From assembly GCA_965215885.1 (NCBI GenBank), contig CBDCEW010000105.1, positions 160,001 to 224,000 of the forward strand: DNA of 64,000 bases, written 5' to 3'. This document shows positions 9,917 through 20,564 of this stretch, piece by piece. Each line of letters opens with the position of its first letter. Within the stretch, counting starts at the first letter, position 1. The notes beneath the pieces are model-generated. The model was given only the letters and a program-made list of their open reading frames with translations, made no database searches and was not told where the DNA came from. The position numbers were made by a program, and so were the translations under genes. This DNA comes from Candidatus Moanibacter sp. (lineage in GTDB: Bacteria > Verrucomicrobiota > Verrucomicrobiia > Opitutales > UBA2987).

Positions 9917-10663
9917 CTAAGCTTCAAGAAACCGCTCAAATTGAGCCGCATCTTCAAGGGAATCGATTCCGATCGTCCGCTCTGCGGTGATGCCGACAAC
10001 GATAGTAATTCCATTTTCGAGAGCGCGCAACTGTTCCAGCATTTCAATCTGCTCAAGACGCCCCCGAGGCATATTCTTGAACTGTTTCAAGAAGGAAGCC
10101 GAGTAGGCGTAGATGCCGAGATGCCAGTAGCAATGGTTCTCTTTCAGCCAATTCGCATCGACATAGCCCCGGTGCTCCCGGGCAAACGGAATCGGAGAAC
10201 GCGAAAAGTAGAGGGCATGATTGCTGCTATCCACAACGACTTTTACTTTGTCGGGATCCCGAAAATCCTCTTCCTTGCGAAAGGGCGAGGCGAGAGTCGC
10301 CATGTCGGCGGAATCCCGGATTAGTTCTTGTAGTGTCAGGATTTGTCGAGCACTGATCATAGGCTCATCTCCCTGCACATTAATGACATAGTCGGCGCCG
10401 ATCTCTTCATTCGCTTCCGCAATCCGGTCGGTTCCACTGGGATGGTCAGATGCCGTCGAGATCACCCGATACCCGTTCGTTTCAAGCAGCTTGGACACCT
10501 CATCATCTTCCACGGCGAAGAACAAGGGCAGTTCAGGCGCTTCATCTGCGATGCGTTGTGCCGTCCAAAGTATGAGAGGTCTTCCCTTAATCTCAAAGAG
10601 AGGTTTGCCGGGGAATCGCGATGAAGCCAACCGCACCGGCACCACAATCGCTATTTCTTGCAT
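9917..10663 (-). CDS. kdsB: 3-deoxy-manno-octulosonate cytidylyltransferase
   Basis: RLASSRFPGKPL, SGTDR, NVQGDEP, HLGIY and LEQLRALE motifs. Confidence 0.93.
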   Translation of the reverse strand: MQEIAIVVPVRLASSRFPGKPLFEIKGRPLILWTAQRIADEAPELPLFFAVEDDEVSKLLETNGYRVISTASDHPSGTDRIAEANEEIGADYVINVQGDEPMISARQILTLQELIRDSADMATLASPFRKEEDFRDPDKVKVVVDSSNHALYFSRSPIPFAREHRGYVDANWLKENHCYWHLGIYAYSASFLKQFKNMPRGRLEQIEMLEQLRALENGITIVVGITAERTIGIDSLEDAAQFERFLEA

Positions 10664-10711
10664 ATTCCGAAGGGTTGTCGCATTTAAAGGGATGATCAAG
10701 GCGTATTGTAA

Positions 10712-11458
10712 ATGCTGCTGACCTGGATTATCATATTCAGCCTGGCCGGAACGCTTGGGACGGCAATCGCGGCGTCGCTTTTTCTTTTTTCTTCACAAAG
10801 GTTAAAAAAAGTTGTTCTGCCCGGTCTTTTAAGCTTCGCGGTTGGCGCACTTCTCTCCGTCGCATTTCTCAGGCTCCTGCCACTTGCCGTGAAGAATGCG
10901 GAGGTCGAATTGATAATGGGAACCGTCCTGGGCGGAATCATCCTATTCTTTATCCTCGAGAAAACGCTGATATGGCGTCACTGTCATGAACACGAGTGCG
11001 AAGTGCACACGGCAGGGGGCCCACTTATACTGATAGGAGATGCCTTTCACAACTTCGTCGACGGCGTCATTATTGCGGCGGCCTTTTTAGCCTCAATTCC
11101 GCTTGGGGTGGCCACCGCACTCGCCATTGTCATTCACGAAGTGCCCCAGGAAGTGGGAGACTTCTCCATTTTACTCGAACAGGGATACCCGGTGAGACGG
11201 GCGTTTATTTTGAATAGCATCTCAAGTCTGACGACTTGCCTGGGAGCCCTGGTCGGGTACTTCATCCTCGATCTTGTCGAGCCAGCGATACCCTTTATGT
11301 TGGCGATTTCCGCATCCAGCTTTATTTACATCGCCACCGTCGACCTTATCGCCGACATGCATCGCCGCCCCGAGCCGCAATCAGCAGTTTCGCAGACTCT
11401 CCTCATATTCGCCGGAATCGCTTCAGTGGCTTTATTTGGTATCGGGCACAGCCACTGA
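10712..11458 (+). CDS. ZIP-family metal transporter
   Basis: HNFVDG and HEVPQEVGDF motifs; His-rich loop WRHCHEH. Confidence 0.9.
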   Translation: MLLTWIIIFSLAGTLGTAIAASLFLFSSQRLKKVVLPGLLSFAVGALLSVAFLRLLPLAVKNAEVELIMGTVLGGIILFFILEKTLIWRHCHEHECEVHTAGGPLILIGDAFHNFVDGVIIAAAFLASIPLGVATALAIVIHEVPQEVGDFSILLEQGYPVRRAFILNSISSLTTCLGALVGYFILDLVEPAIPFMLAISASSFIYIATVDLIADMHRRPEPQSAVSQTLLIFAGIASVALFGIGHSH

Positions 11459-11460
11459 TC

Positions 11461-11580
11461 AGGAATCTGTCAGACTTGCTTTCGGAATTCGCGGGGATAT
11501 TACGCTGTCTGGGCGCGATCGTGCATTGTGGGGGAGTCGACCACTGACACATTCCTAAGCGCTCTGCCGAGCGGCAGAGC
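11461..11580. repeat. MITE-like repeat family B plus GCTCTGCC/GGCAGAGC hairpin, copy 1
   Basis: AGGAATCTGTCAG...CTGACACATTCCTA termini; aligns by eye with reverse complement of 59754-59876. Confidence 0.8.
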
Positions 11581-11708
11581 GGGGACTCAATCGAATCGGG
11601 CGAAAGCTCTCCTCAACTCACCTTTATGGCATTTTCGCAGCTCAGTTTACTCCCAAGTCGTGAAAGAGGCGTTTTGGGCTATAGCTGAGGCATATTAGCC
11701 AGCAAATT

Positions 11709-12593
11709 TCATATCCCCAGCACGCGCGCCATGTTACCTCCCAGGACGCACTCCAATTGCGCATCATCAAGCCCGGAAGATCTCGTCTCTGCAACAAAGC
11801 GCCCCAAACCCGGTTCTCGCACCTCCCGTGGATAGAGCATGAGTGGATAATCCGATCCGAAAATGACCTTTTCCGCACCTATGATATCGACGACGCTGCG
11901 AAAAATGCGCCCATCGTAGATCAGCGGACTCGCCGCTGTGTCGTAGAATACGTGCTTCAACGTTTTTCGGCACTCGGGATTAAGCTCGTAAAACGGCAGG
12001 CCGCCTCCCCAATGCGCCAGGATAATAGTCAATTCCGGAAACCTCCTCGCCACCCACAGGAAGTCCTCTAACGGCGTGGAAACTTTACCCGCGTATCCAT
12101 GGCCGGCAGGTTCAGTCGCATGTATTGTAACGGGAATGTTAGACTCCTGCGCCCAGTCCAGAATCTTTATCCAGGTCGGATGATCCATCGCAAACCCCTG
12201 CGCTGCCGGATGGATCTCCCCTATCCCGAGCAATCCACTGTCTATGGCACGACGCAGTTCATCAAATGCTCTCACACCCGCCAGCGGCTGCACTGCCGCG
12301 AACCCGATAAAGCGGTCGCCGTCTTCCCTGAGCCAATCCAGGTGCCACGCATTCTGAAGTTCGCAAGTCTGCTGATTCTCCCAATACCAGCCAAGCATGA
12401 CCGCTTTGTTGACACCGGCAGCATCCATGTCGCCTAAAAGCTTCTCCCGATCCGCCCAAGCTTGAATAGAATTCCCCCCTTCTTCTCCGGTTACCAGTTT
12501 CAGCCAGTGGTGCTCTTTCACCTGCCTTCCCCACCCTTTCGGATATGCTATGACTTCGGGCGGATAGCGGTGAATATGACTGTCGATGACCAT
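11709..12593 (-). CDS. Amidohydrolase_2 family protein
   Basis: IDSHIH, IGEIH, ILAHWGG and FGSDYP motifs. Confidence 0.88.
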   Translation of the reverse strand: MVIDSHIHRYPPEVIAYPKGWGRQVKEHHWLKLVTGEEGGNSIQAWADREKLLGDMDAAGVNKAVMLGWYWENQQTCELQNAWHLDWLREDGDRFIGFAAVQPLAGVRAFDELRRAIDSGLLGIGEIHPAAQGFAMDHPTWIKILDWAQESNIPVTIHATEPAGHGYAGKVSTPLEDFLWVARRFPELTIILAHWGGGLPFYELNPECRKTLKHVFYDTAASPLIYDGRIFRSVVDIIGAEKVIFGSDYPLMLYPREVREPGLGRFVAETRSSGLDDAQLECVLGGNMARVLGI

Positions 12594-12633
12594 ACCGCAT
12601 AAAGCCGAGAGGAGGTCGAGGTACCGGGGGGCT

Positions 12634-13227
12634 TTATTCCCCCAATTGATACCGAGTAAACCGCCGCACGACTAAATTCTCTCCCAACTTTGAGATATGC
12701 TCCAAAAGCAGCTCTTTTACACTTTGATCGGCGTTCTTCACGAACGGCTGCTCCAATAGACAAATGGACTGGTAGATCTTCTCCAGCTTTCCCTCTACTA
12801 CTTTCTGCACGACATGGGGCGGCTTACCTTCTACTTGAGAAGCCGCAATCTCTCGCTCTTTATTCGCAACGTCCTCAGGCACTTCATCGCGGGAAACGTA
12901 TTGTGGATTCGCCGCCGCGATATGAAGGCAAATATCTCTTGCCAGCCTCTTAAATTCTTCTGTTTTCGCCACGAAATCGGTCTCGCATTTCACTTCAACA
13001 AGCACGCCCACCTTACCGCCAAGGTGAATATACTGGTCGATCAAACCCTCACTGGTAGTTCGCCCTGCTTTCCTTGCCGCCGAGGCCATACCTTTCTTGC
13101 GCAGTATCGTAATAGCCTCATCCATATCACCTCCGGCTTCGGTCAACGCCGTCTTGCAATTCAGAAGTCCAGCACCCGTCTTCCCACGCAATTCACCGAC
13201 CATCTTAGCTGTAATCTCGCCACTCAT
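12634..13227 (-). CDS. tsf: Elongation factor Ts (short type)
   Basis: ELRGKTGAG and CETDFVA motifs; downstream of rpsB. Confidence 0.96.
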   Translation of the reverse strand: MSGEITAKMVGELRGKTGAGLLNCKTALTEAGGDMDEAITILRKKGMASAARKAGRTTSEGLIDQYIHLGGKVGVLVEVKCETDFVAKTEEFKRLARDICLHIAAANPQYVSRDEVPEDVANKEREIAASQVEGKPPHVVQKVVEGKLEKIYQSICLLEQPFVKNADQSVKELLLEHISKLGENLVVRRFTRYQLGE

Positions 13228-13290
13228 ATCTTAAAACAGCCCTCCGAATTAAGTCTAAATCCTCCCGATTTGTTCTCTACCGAACACCTC

Positions 13291-14139
13291 TCAAGAAGCA
13301 CCCTGGTCATCATCGGTCGAGTAGGAATCTGGGATCTCTTTGACAAAACTCTCGGCCCCGGTCGCAAAGATGGGAGCCACCGGAGTGACGGGAAGTTGCT
13401 CCTCTTTTGCCTCCTCGCGAAGAAAAGGTGTCAACCCTTTGCTTGCCTTATGGGCTTCGCGATGTGCCAAACCGTTTTGGATCGCCTCCATCACGGTCTC
13501 CAACACGATCCGAATCGATTTATTCGAATCGTCGTTTCCAGGAATTGGATAATCGATAAGCGAAGGGTCCGAATTTGTGTCGACCAGGGCCACCAACTTA
13601 ATCCCGAGCCGGACAGTCTCCGCTACCGCAATCTGCTCGTGGTTTGTGTCGATAATGAATACGGCCTCCGGCAACTCCGGCATTTCCAGCAATCCCTCGA
13701 AATTTCGATTCATCCGGCTCATTTCGCGGCGGATTGCGGCCGCCTCCTTCTTCGGCACCTTGTCCAATCTCCCATCCGCCTCCATAGACAGGTATTCCTT
13801 ATACTTCATGACACTATTTCTGATAGTGGTGAAATTCGTCAATGTGCCACCCATCCAACGATTCGCGCAGAAGGGCATTTGGCACTGTATCGCTGCTTCC
13901 CTTGTAATCTCTTGAGCCTGACGCTTCGTTCCGACAAGCAGGATGTATTTTCCCGAGGCAACCAGTTCCTCAATAAACCGGGTCGCCCGCTCCATAAGGG
14001 CATAAGTCTTCTCAAGATCAATTATCGAAATACCATGACGGTTATCGAAAACAAACTCCTTCGATTTTGGATTATAGCGCCTGAGTTGGTGCCCGAAGTG
14101 AACTCCCGCATCCAGCAGGTCTTTGATCGTAATGTTCAT
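13291..14139 (-). CDS. rpsB: 30S ribosomal protein S2
   Basis: AGVHFGH, VGTKRQA, RWMGGTLTN, DTNSDP and PGNDD motifs. Confidence 0.97.
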   Translation of the reverse strand: MNITIKDLLDAGVHFGHQLRRYNPKSKEFVFDNRHGISIIDLEKTYALMERATRFIEELVASGKYILLVGTKRQAQEITREAAIQCQMPFCANRWMGGTLTNFTTIRNSVMKYKEYLSMEADGRLDKVPKKEAAAIRREMSRMNRNFEGLLEMPELPEAVFIIDTNHEQIAVAETVRLGIKLVALVDTNSDPSLIDYPIPGNDDSNKSIRIVLETVMEAIQNGLAHREAHKASKGLTPFLREEAKEEQLPVTPVAPIFATGAESFVKEIPDSYSTDDDQGAS

Positions 14140-14311
14140 TATAGACTGCTCGGCCCCTCAGTAATGAGGAAGCAGCGCCCCATGATCGGGCGCTTTGGCC
14201 TGATTTATTCTAGAAGTTAATGTGTGTTAGATTGTTATAAGTGAACAAACGTCCCCGATTCAGAGAAAGCTGCCAGAAATACCCGACCTAATAGGGAAAG
14301 CAAGCAGAAAC

Positions 14312-14365
14312 TGGGTGAAACGGCGATTTGAACCCGCGATCCCGCTCAGCGGGATTATGAGCCCA
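14312..14365 (-). pseudogene. Degenerate 3' half of tRNA-Met with inserted hairpin
   Basis: GGCTCATAA-TCCCGCTGAGCGGGA-TCGCGGGTTCAAATC...CACCCA mirrors the 3' half of the tRNA at 14707. Confidence 0.7.
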
Positions 14366-14367
14366 GC

Positions 14368-14632
14368 TTATCTCCTCTCCAGACCTGTAATAGAATAGAA
14401 CTGATTTCCGCCCTTTGCCCGCTTCAGTCTGTTCTCGAGTTTCCGAGCTTCGGAGAGACTCATCCTTTTGCTCTCCCATCCCAAGGACCAAGGTTCTCGG
14501 TGGCGAGTCCATTGGCTGACGCCCGTATTATGATCTCTTAGTCGTTCTCCTATATCGTCACTTAGAACCAATGTAAAAACGACCGGTAACGTTCCGAAGG
14601 ACGTATACTTGGTAGAGTTTGCCTTGAGACAC
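14368..14632 (-). pseudogene. Small GIY-YIG nuclease with a one-base frameshift
   Basis: YQVYVLRNVTGRFYIG in one frame continues as LSDDIGERLRDHN...ARKLENRLK in another; one extra T after ATT GGT. Confidence 0.8.
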
Positions 14633-14706
14633 TGGTAGACTGCGGGTTTGGTTACTAACCTTAGAAATGGCGATGGCCCGCGATTTTGAAATTCGCGGGC
14701 CATCAT

Positions 14707-14783
<77 letters not shown>

Positions 14784-14867
14784 ACAAAGAAGCCAGAAGA
14801 ATGAAAGGCGCGTTTTTCAAGTAAAGAATAAAGTGAAAAAAAAGAAAAATCGCTTGAGACGGGCCCA

Positions 14868-16019
14868 TCAAACATTCTCAAGCGCCTGTTTGAGATCCTC
14901 GATCAAATCGTTGGCATCTTCTCCGCCCACGGACAGTCGGACGAGTCCATCCGTTATTCCCACCCGTTCGCGTTCGGCCGGTTCCACGGCCGCGTGTGTC
15001 ATGGTAACCGGATGTGTAACCAAGGATTCAAGCGACCCCAGGTTCTCGGCCAGAGTCCAGAGTCTTAGGGAATCCATAAGTCTCTTCCCAGCTTCAACAC
15101 CACCCTTCACCTCAAACCAGAGCATCGCTCCAAATCCCGTCGCCTGGCGCTTCGCCAACTCGCGCTGCGGAAACGACTCCAATCCCGGGTAGCGCACGCG
15201 TTCCACCTTAGGATGTGACTCGAGGAATCTCGAAATCGCCATTGCACTCTCCGACTGCCGCACCATGCGCAGCGACAGCGTCTTGCAACCTTGGAGGGTG
15301 AGCCAGGCAACTTGAGGCGAAAGAATGGTTCCGGAAGTATTCTGCACGTAGCGCAGCTTCTCATCCAACTCCTCGTTTTGACTGATCACGGCGCCGCCTA
15401 AGGTCGCGTTGTGACCATCGAGGTACTTGGTTGTGCTCTGGATGGAGAGATCGGCCCCCAATTCGATAGGACGCTGATAATAAGGCGAAAGGAATGTATT
15501 GTCTACGGCGTGGACAATTTCTCTACTCTTTGCGATCTCGGAGACTGCGGCGATATCCGTCAGCTTCAGGGTCGGGTTGGCCGGGGTCTCCGTTAAGATC
15601 AGCCGAGTGTTCTCACGAACGGCACGCCTCACCTCTTCCACATTAGACATATCGGCAAAGGTGAATTCGACCCCGAACCGCGCGAATATAAACTTGCAGA
15701 GGCGATAAGTCCCGCCATAGGCCACGTCCGGCACAATGGCATGGTCGCCGGCGTTCAGGAAACTCTGAAATACCGCCTGGATCGCCGCCATTCCTGTGGT
15801 GACACAGATACAACCCAACCCCCCTTCCAGGCGAGCCAGCTTTCTCTCCAACGCCTTCACGGTCGGATTTGCTGTTCGCGAGTATGAATACCCTTTGGCG
15901 AGATACTCGTCGACCGACGGCTGGACAAAGGTGGTGCTCTGATAGATCGGAGTCAGGATAGCTCCCGTCACCGGATCCGGTTCCACGCCCGCGTGGATCT
16001 GCTCTGTAGAAAACTCCAT
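14868..16019 (-). CDS. PLP-dependent trans-sulfuration enzyme (cystathionine gamma-synthase/lyase family)
   Basis: YSRTANPT, ETPANP, VDNTF, STTKYLDGH and LRLSVG-like motifs. Confidence 0.9.
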   Translation of the reverse strand: MEFSTEQIHAGVEPDPVTGAILTPIYQSTTFVQPSVDEYLAKGYSYSRTANPTVKALERKLARLEGGLGCICVTTGMAAIQAVFQSFLNAGDHAIVPDVAYGGTYRLCKFIFARFGVEFTFADMSNVEEVRRAVRENTRLILTETPANPTLKLTDIAAVSEIAKSREIVHAVDNTFLSPYYQRPIELGADLSIQSTTKYLDGHNATLGGAVISQNEELDEKLRYVQNTSGTILSPQVAWLTLQGCKTLSLRMVRQSESAMAISRFLESHPKVERVRYPGLESFPQRELAKRQATGFGAMLWFEVKGGVEAGKRLMDSLRLWTLAENLGSLESLVTHPVTMTHAAVEPAERERVGITDGLVRLSVGGEDANDLIEDLKQALENV

Positions 16020-16228
16020 ACTGCTTCCAATTCCCCCGCCAATTCGCACCCGCTGTCAAGGATTTTGAGCAAGTAGCGGAATTGAGGCCCATGGCTCCTA
16101 AGAAGCAGCCATTTGTAAAGGGATGCGCGAAGAATAAAGGCTACTGGATGTCCACTGATTTCAACGAGCCCCTTGAGGACCTCAGAGTATATGCGAGCAA
16201 TTGGAGATCGTGACCGGCGACGAGGTGT

Positions 16229-16900
16229 TCAGACAGTATCCTGTAGATATCGTGTGGTAATCTCCCTCGCTTCACGAGCATTATTCGTGATGCTCGTCCA
16301 ATCCTGCGCATTGATGAGATCTCTGGAAGCGATCCAGGATCCACCAATTGCGGCGATCAGCGGACTCCCAAGATACTCTGAGAGATTCGACGGGTTTATC
16401 CCACCAAGCGGAATAAATTGGACTCCCAAGTGCGCATAGGGTGCGGCCATGCTTTTTAAATAGTCCAACCCCCCCGAAGGTTCAGCGGGGAAAAACTTCA
16501 GCAATCTGCATCCAAATTCTAAGGCTCCCTCAACGTCAGATGGTGTCGCTACACCCGGTGCGAAAGAGAATTCCAACTTCGCAGCTTCACGAATAATGCG
16601 GGGATTCATTCCCGGCGCTACGCCGAAATCAGCGCCCGCTCTCGAAACTTCGTAAAGCTGTTCAACACTCAGGATCGTCCCGATTCCCACGTTCAATTCA
16701 GGGAAACTGGCGATGATCGTCTCCATGGCGGAAACTGCCACGGGAGTCCGCAGGGTCAATTCCAAGGCATCGACACCACCTTCCAGGAGCGCCTCAGCGA
16801 GGGGCACAGCGTCCTCGTCGCGGTCAATCGCGAGTACCGCAATTATTCGGCTCTCTCGAAGCCGATCGGCAAGCGCAGGGTCGAAAGGGAGATTATTCAT
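16229..16900 (-). CDS. eda: KDPG/KHG aldolase
   Basis: ELTLRT, GIGTI, PGVATPSD, KFFPAE and GGSW motifs. Confidence 0.92.
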   Translation of the reverse strand: MNNLPFDPALADRLRESRIIAVLAIDRDEDAVPLAEALLEGGVDALELTLRTPVAVSAMETIIASFPELNVGIGTILSVEQLYEVSRAGADFGVAPGMNPRIIREAAKLEFSFAPGVATPSDVEGALEFGCRLLKFFPAEPSGGLDYLKSMAAPYAHLGVQFIPLGGINPSNLSEYLGSPLIAAIGGSWIASRDLINAQDWTSITNNAREAREITTRYLQDTV

Positions 16901-17066
16901 ATTATCTGAATCTACAACATTGCCCTAAACGTCCTCTCATACTCCGGGAAATAGGAACTGATCAACGATGAATTGTCGATTTTTCTGACTGAAATTTCCG
17001 CCATTCCTTGTTTATAATGAAGAAACGATCACCTCCGCTATTGAATAAGAAAGCTCATACCACACC

Positions 17067-18260
17067 TTGAAAAAGGAAAAGAAATTCGCTGTCGCGGATC
17101 GCCTCACGGGTGCATTTGACGAATTGGCCCTGGAAAAGTGGGCCAACGCACTGTATGACCGCCTCCACAACGACGTCACGTTCGGAATTGTCTTCATGGG
17201 GCCCGACTTTTTTGAGCATTCCGAGGAAGTCCTCGAGATTATTCGAATAAACGCGCGCATCCCGATCCTTGCGGGTTGTTCCAGTCACGGCCTTATCTCT
17301 AATGGGATCGAGTTCGAACAAGGAGGTGGAATTACCCTCATCCTATTTCATCTGCCCGATGCCGAAATAACGGCCTACCACTTCGCGGCGAACGAAATTG
17401 AGCGCGCCAACGGACCTGAATTCTGGCCTCGAATAACCGGGATCAACTCCCTGGAAACCAATGGCTGGCTCCTCCTGGTGGATCCCTTTCATCTGCACTC
17501 CGATCAATGGCTGGAGAGTTGGAACCTTGCCTACGCCCCTTTGCCCATGCTGGGAGGATTGGCGGCCGGTGCCATCGGTGAACATCAATCTTACCTCTTC
17601 CTCAATGGTGAAACATATTCGGATGGTCTTATCGCGGTATCGGTAGGCGGTGCGGTTGCCATTGGATGCAGGATTTCTCAGGGATGCACGCCGATAGGCG
17701 ATACCTGGACAATAACCAAGGCGGAGAAAAACCTCATTCTGGAGATTGCAAATCAATCGGCGTTTGAAGTGCTTTCACAAACTTTTTCAAACCTGCCTGA
17801 AGTAGTAAGAGAGAGGTCGAAGGGAAATCTCTTCCTCGGTCTGGTCTACGACGAATATAAGGAGGAGTTTCGGAGAGGCGACTTTCTGATTCGCAATCTC
17901 GTCGGCGCCGATCCCAAAAGTGGAGCCATTGCAGCCGCTGCCTTCCCCCGCGCCGGGCAAACCGTCCAGTTTCAACTGCGCGACGCACATGCCGCCGATG
18001 AAGATCTGATCGTCAGTCTGGAACACGCAAAATCTGATCTGGCGGGCAATAAGATTTATGGCGGCTGTCTCTTTTCCTGCCGCGGCAGAGGGCAAGGCCT
18101 CTTCGGAGTTCCCAATCACGACGCCACTCTCATTCAAGAAAAGCTAGGTCCCTTTCCTTTAGCCGGCTTTTTCTGTAACGGTGAAATTGGACCCATCGGT
18201 GCGAGAAGCTATCTACACGGCTATACCGCCTCTCTCGCTCTCTTTGTCGAAAAGAAATGA
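17067..18260 (+). CDS. FIST domain protein
   Basis: SQGCTPIG, FSCRGRG and GFFCNGEIGP motifs. Confidence 0.9.
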   Translation: MKKEKKFAVADRLTGAFDELALEKWANALYDRLHNDVTFGIVFMGPDFFEHSEEVLEIIRINARIPILAGCSSHGLISNGIEFEQGGGITLILFHLPDAEITAYHFAANEIERANGPEFWPRITGINSLETNGWLLLVDPFHLHSDQWLESWNLAYAPLPMLGGLAAGAIGEHQSYLFLNGETYSDGLIAVSVGGAVAIGCRISQGCTPIGDTWTITKAEKNLILEIANQSAFEVLSQTFSNLPEVVRERSKGNLFLGLVYDEYKEEFRRGDFLIRNLVGADPKSGAIAAAAFPRAGQTVQFQLRDAHAADEDLIVSLEHAKSDLAGNKIYGGCLFSCRGRGQGLFGVPNHDATLIQEKLGPFPLAGFFCNGEIGPIGARSYLHGYTASLALFVEKK

Positions 18261-19504
18261 TGGAACTCTTTAACATTCTCGCCGTGCTACTGACCCTTAC
18301 GGCCCTCTTCAGCTACTTGAATCTGAGGTGTATTGGTCTTCCCACAACGATAGGGGTCATGTTCATCGCTCTGGTGGTATCCCTCATTCTCGTCCTGGCT
18401 GGAGTTATCGAACCGAGTATAAGGATATACGCTCAGGCTCTCGTCGACGCCGCCCATTTCGATAAAACGCTCCTTCACGGCATGTTGAGCTACTTACTTT
18501 TTGCCGGAGCCCTCCACGTTAATCTCAACGATCTCTATGCCAATCGACGCATAATCGGCTTTCTCGCTATCTTCGGCACACTCATCTCAGTCGGTATTTT
18601 GGGACTGCTTACCTGGGGGCTCTTGCGCCTTCTCGAAATCGATATCCCATTCATATTCTGTCTCCTCTTCGGCGCTCTAATTTCCCCAACTGACCCAATC
18701 GCGGTTCTCGGGATTCTAAAGACTGCCGGCGCACCCAAGAGTCTGGAGACGAAAATAACAGGAGAATCACTCTTTAATGACGGAGTCGGCCTCGTGCTCT
18801 TTCTGCTCATCCTTAATCTGGCAACGGGCAGGGCAGATGGAGAGAGTCTCAGCCTCGGTCCCATCGCTCTGTTTTTCGTCCAGGAAGCATTGGGGGGAAT
18901 CGTCTTCGGATTGTTGATTGGATATATCGCTTACAAGATGCTCCAATCAATCGACAATTACTCAGTGGAGATTATTATAACGTTGGCTCTTGTCTCGGGC
19001 GGTTATGCCCTCGCTTCCGCACTCCATCTATCCGGCCCCCTCGCAATCGTCGTGGCAGGCCTTTTCATCGGAAACCAGGGTCGCCTCTTTGCCATGTCCG
19101 GAGAGACGACGCAGCACCTTGATCTCTTCTGGGAGTTGGTCGACGATATTCTGAATGCCGTATTGTTTGTCCTGATCGGACTGGAGGCCCTCACCCTCAC
19201 ATTCAGGCAGGAATATCTCCTGGCCGGAACTCTCGCTATACCCATGGTTCTATTTGCCCGATTCATTGCAGTGGGCATACCAGTAACCCTCTTGAGAAAA
19301 ATCCGCTCTTTCAGCCCCGGAGTGATACGGATCTTAACTTGGGGAGGCTTACGCGGCGGAATATCGGTGGCGCTGGCCCTTTCTCTCCCTGTCGGCCCGG
19401 CAAGGGAGATCATTCTCACAATGACCTACTGCGTCGTCATCTTTTCCATCCTGGTTCAGGGCCTCACCATCGGATCGCTCATCAAGAAACTCAGTGTGGA
19501 GTAG
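18257..19504 (+). CDS. CPA1 Na+/H+ antiporter (NhaP/NhaG-like)
   Basis: SPTDPIAV, GESLFNDG and WGGLRGGISVAL motifs; ATGA overlap with the FIST gene. Confidence 0.92.
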   Translation: MMELFNILAVLLTLTALFSYLNLRCIGLPTTIGVMFIALVVSLILVLAGVIEPSIRIYAQALVDAAHFDKTLLHGMLSYLLFAGALHVNLNDLYANRRIIGFLAIFGTLISVGILGLLTWGLLRLLEIDIPFIFCLLFGALISPTDPIAVLGILKTAGAPKSLETKITGESLFNDGVGLVLFLLILNLATGRADGESLSLGPIALFFVQEALGGIVFGLLIGYIAYKMLQSIDNYSVEIIITLALVSGGYALASALHLSGPLAIVVAGLFIGNQGRLFAMSGETTQHLDLFWELVDDILNAVLFVLIGLEALTLTFRQEYLLAGTLAIPMVLFARFIAVGIPVTLLRKIRSFSPGVIRILTWGGLRGGISVALALSLPVGPAREIILTMTYCVVIFSILVQGLTIGSLIKKLSVE

Positions 19505-19567
19505 TTCGATCGCTGCCTTGGTTCAAATAGAGGTGAATCTCCGGCAAAGGAGTCAGCTCCTAATTCT

Positions 19568-19709
19568 GATTCCGCTGATAAATCCCCCACATTCTTGTCC
19601 CTCTCGGCGGGACGGCTACTGTGCTCCGTAAGTCGTTGATATGAGTAGCCACCCTGCCCTACGGCAGGGTGGTCGCGGATACCGAAAGGACCACTTTTTC
19701 AGCAGAATC
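19568..19709. repeat. MITE-like repeat family C, copy 1
   Basis: GATTCCGCTGA...TCAGCAGAATC termini with internal CCCTGCC/GGCAGGG hairpin; similar to 30763-30892. Confidence 0.8.
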
Positions 19710-19851
19710 TATTTTTTCATTCCAGTGAAATATGCGGGCTAATCGGCAACGAAAGAGGCAGCAAAACCTTTCCTCACAAAAAAGATTGAGCCAGGACACT
19801 ATTTATACCACCATCTGAAAGCTGATATTAACCACGAACGGTAAATGAGTC

Positions 19852-20556
19852 ATGCCGGAATTTGAAGAAATAGACATTCGCTCCCTATCCGCATCCGCGA
19901 AGAGCGACTCGACCGAAAGCAAACCATCAAAACCGTCTGAAAGATCCTCAACTTTGACACCGGTCCCTATGGCGCCACACCGGGGTCAGGCGATCGAGTA
20001 TTCACCTCGCCGCTCGCGTTCCAGTAAGCCGGCCAGGGATTCGACAGGAGGTTCCAGTGCACGATCCGGCCGAGGGCAACGAACTTCCCGGTCCACCGGT
20101 CGAAGAGGCATAAATAGTGCCTATACGAAACGTTCCCTCCCGGCCAGTGTCGCAAACTTACCCAAACATTCACGGGGATTGAGCCTATTCGGCAGGATAA
20201 AGGAATTCTTCTCTGCCTTGTTTGAACCTGAGGTAGAAGACAAACCGCCAGATCGGTCCAGGTACGGGTCCAAGAGGCACAGGCGACCTCGCAACAGCAG
20301 AAAACGCCAACCCTGGAAATCCGCTAAAGGCGGCGAAGCGCAGCCACGCAAAAGGCAATCCGGAGGGCAGAGAAGAAACACACCCCAAAAGCGGAAGCGA
20401 GCTCGCAAACATCAGAATTACAAGGAGGGACAATCACCTGGTCCACGAAAAGGATCGGGATCGACAAGGAGTAGCGAGGGGCAATCGTCCCGCGATAAAC
20501 GCCCCAATCGAAGAAGGCGCTATAGGAAGAGTCGGACGGATAATTCGCCGAAATAG
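19852..20556 (+). CDS. Hypothetical Arg/Ser/Gly/Lys-rich, probably disordered protein
   Basis: 234-aa ORF ending 8 nt before murA; one amphipathic segment LFGRIKEFFSALF. Confidence 0.65.
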   Translation: MPEFEEIDIRSLSASAKSDSTESKPSKPSERSSTLTPVPMAPHRGQAIEYSPRRSRSSKPARDSTGGSSARSGRGQRTSRSTGRRGINSAYTKRSLPASVANLPKHSRGLSLFGRIKEFFSALFEPEVEDKPPDRSRYGSKRHRRPRNSRKRQPWKSAKGGEAQPRKRQSGGQRRNTPQKRKRARKHQNYKEGQSPGPRKGSGSTRSSEGQSSRDKRPNRRRRYRKSRTDNSPK

Positions 20557-20564
20557 TTTTCCAT

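Noticed and set aside
12634..13227. 197-aa EF-Ts as a truncated gene
   Set aside because: Short EF-Ts is an established natural form and the ORF ends with a normal RRFTRYQLGE terminus
12814..14220. 468-aa plus-strand ORF
   Set aside because: Antisense shadow of rpsB-tsf with no recognisable motifs
16020..16228. SAM riboswitch upstream of the trans-sulfuration gene
   Set aside because: No recognisable SAM-I core or terminator by eye; an Rfam scan would settle it
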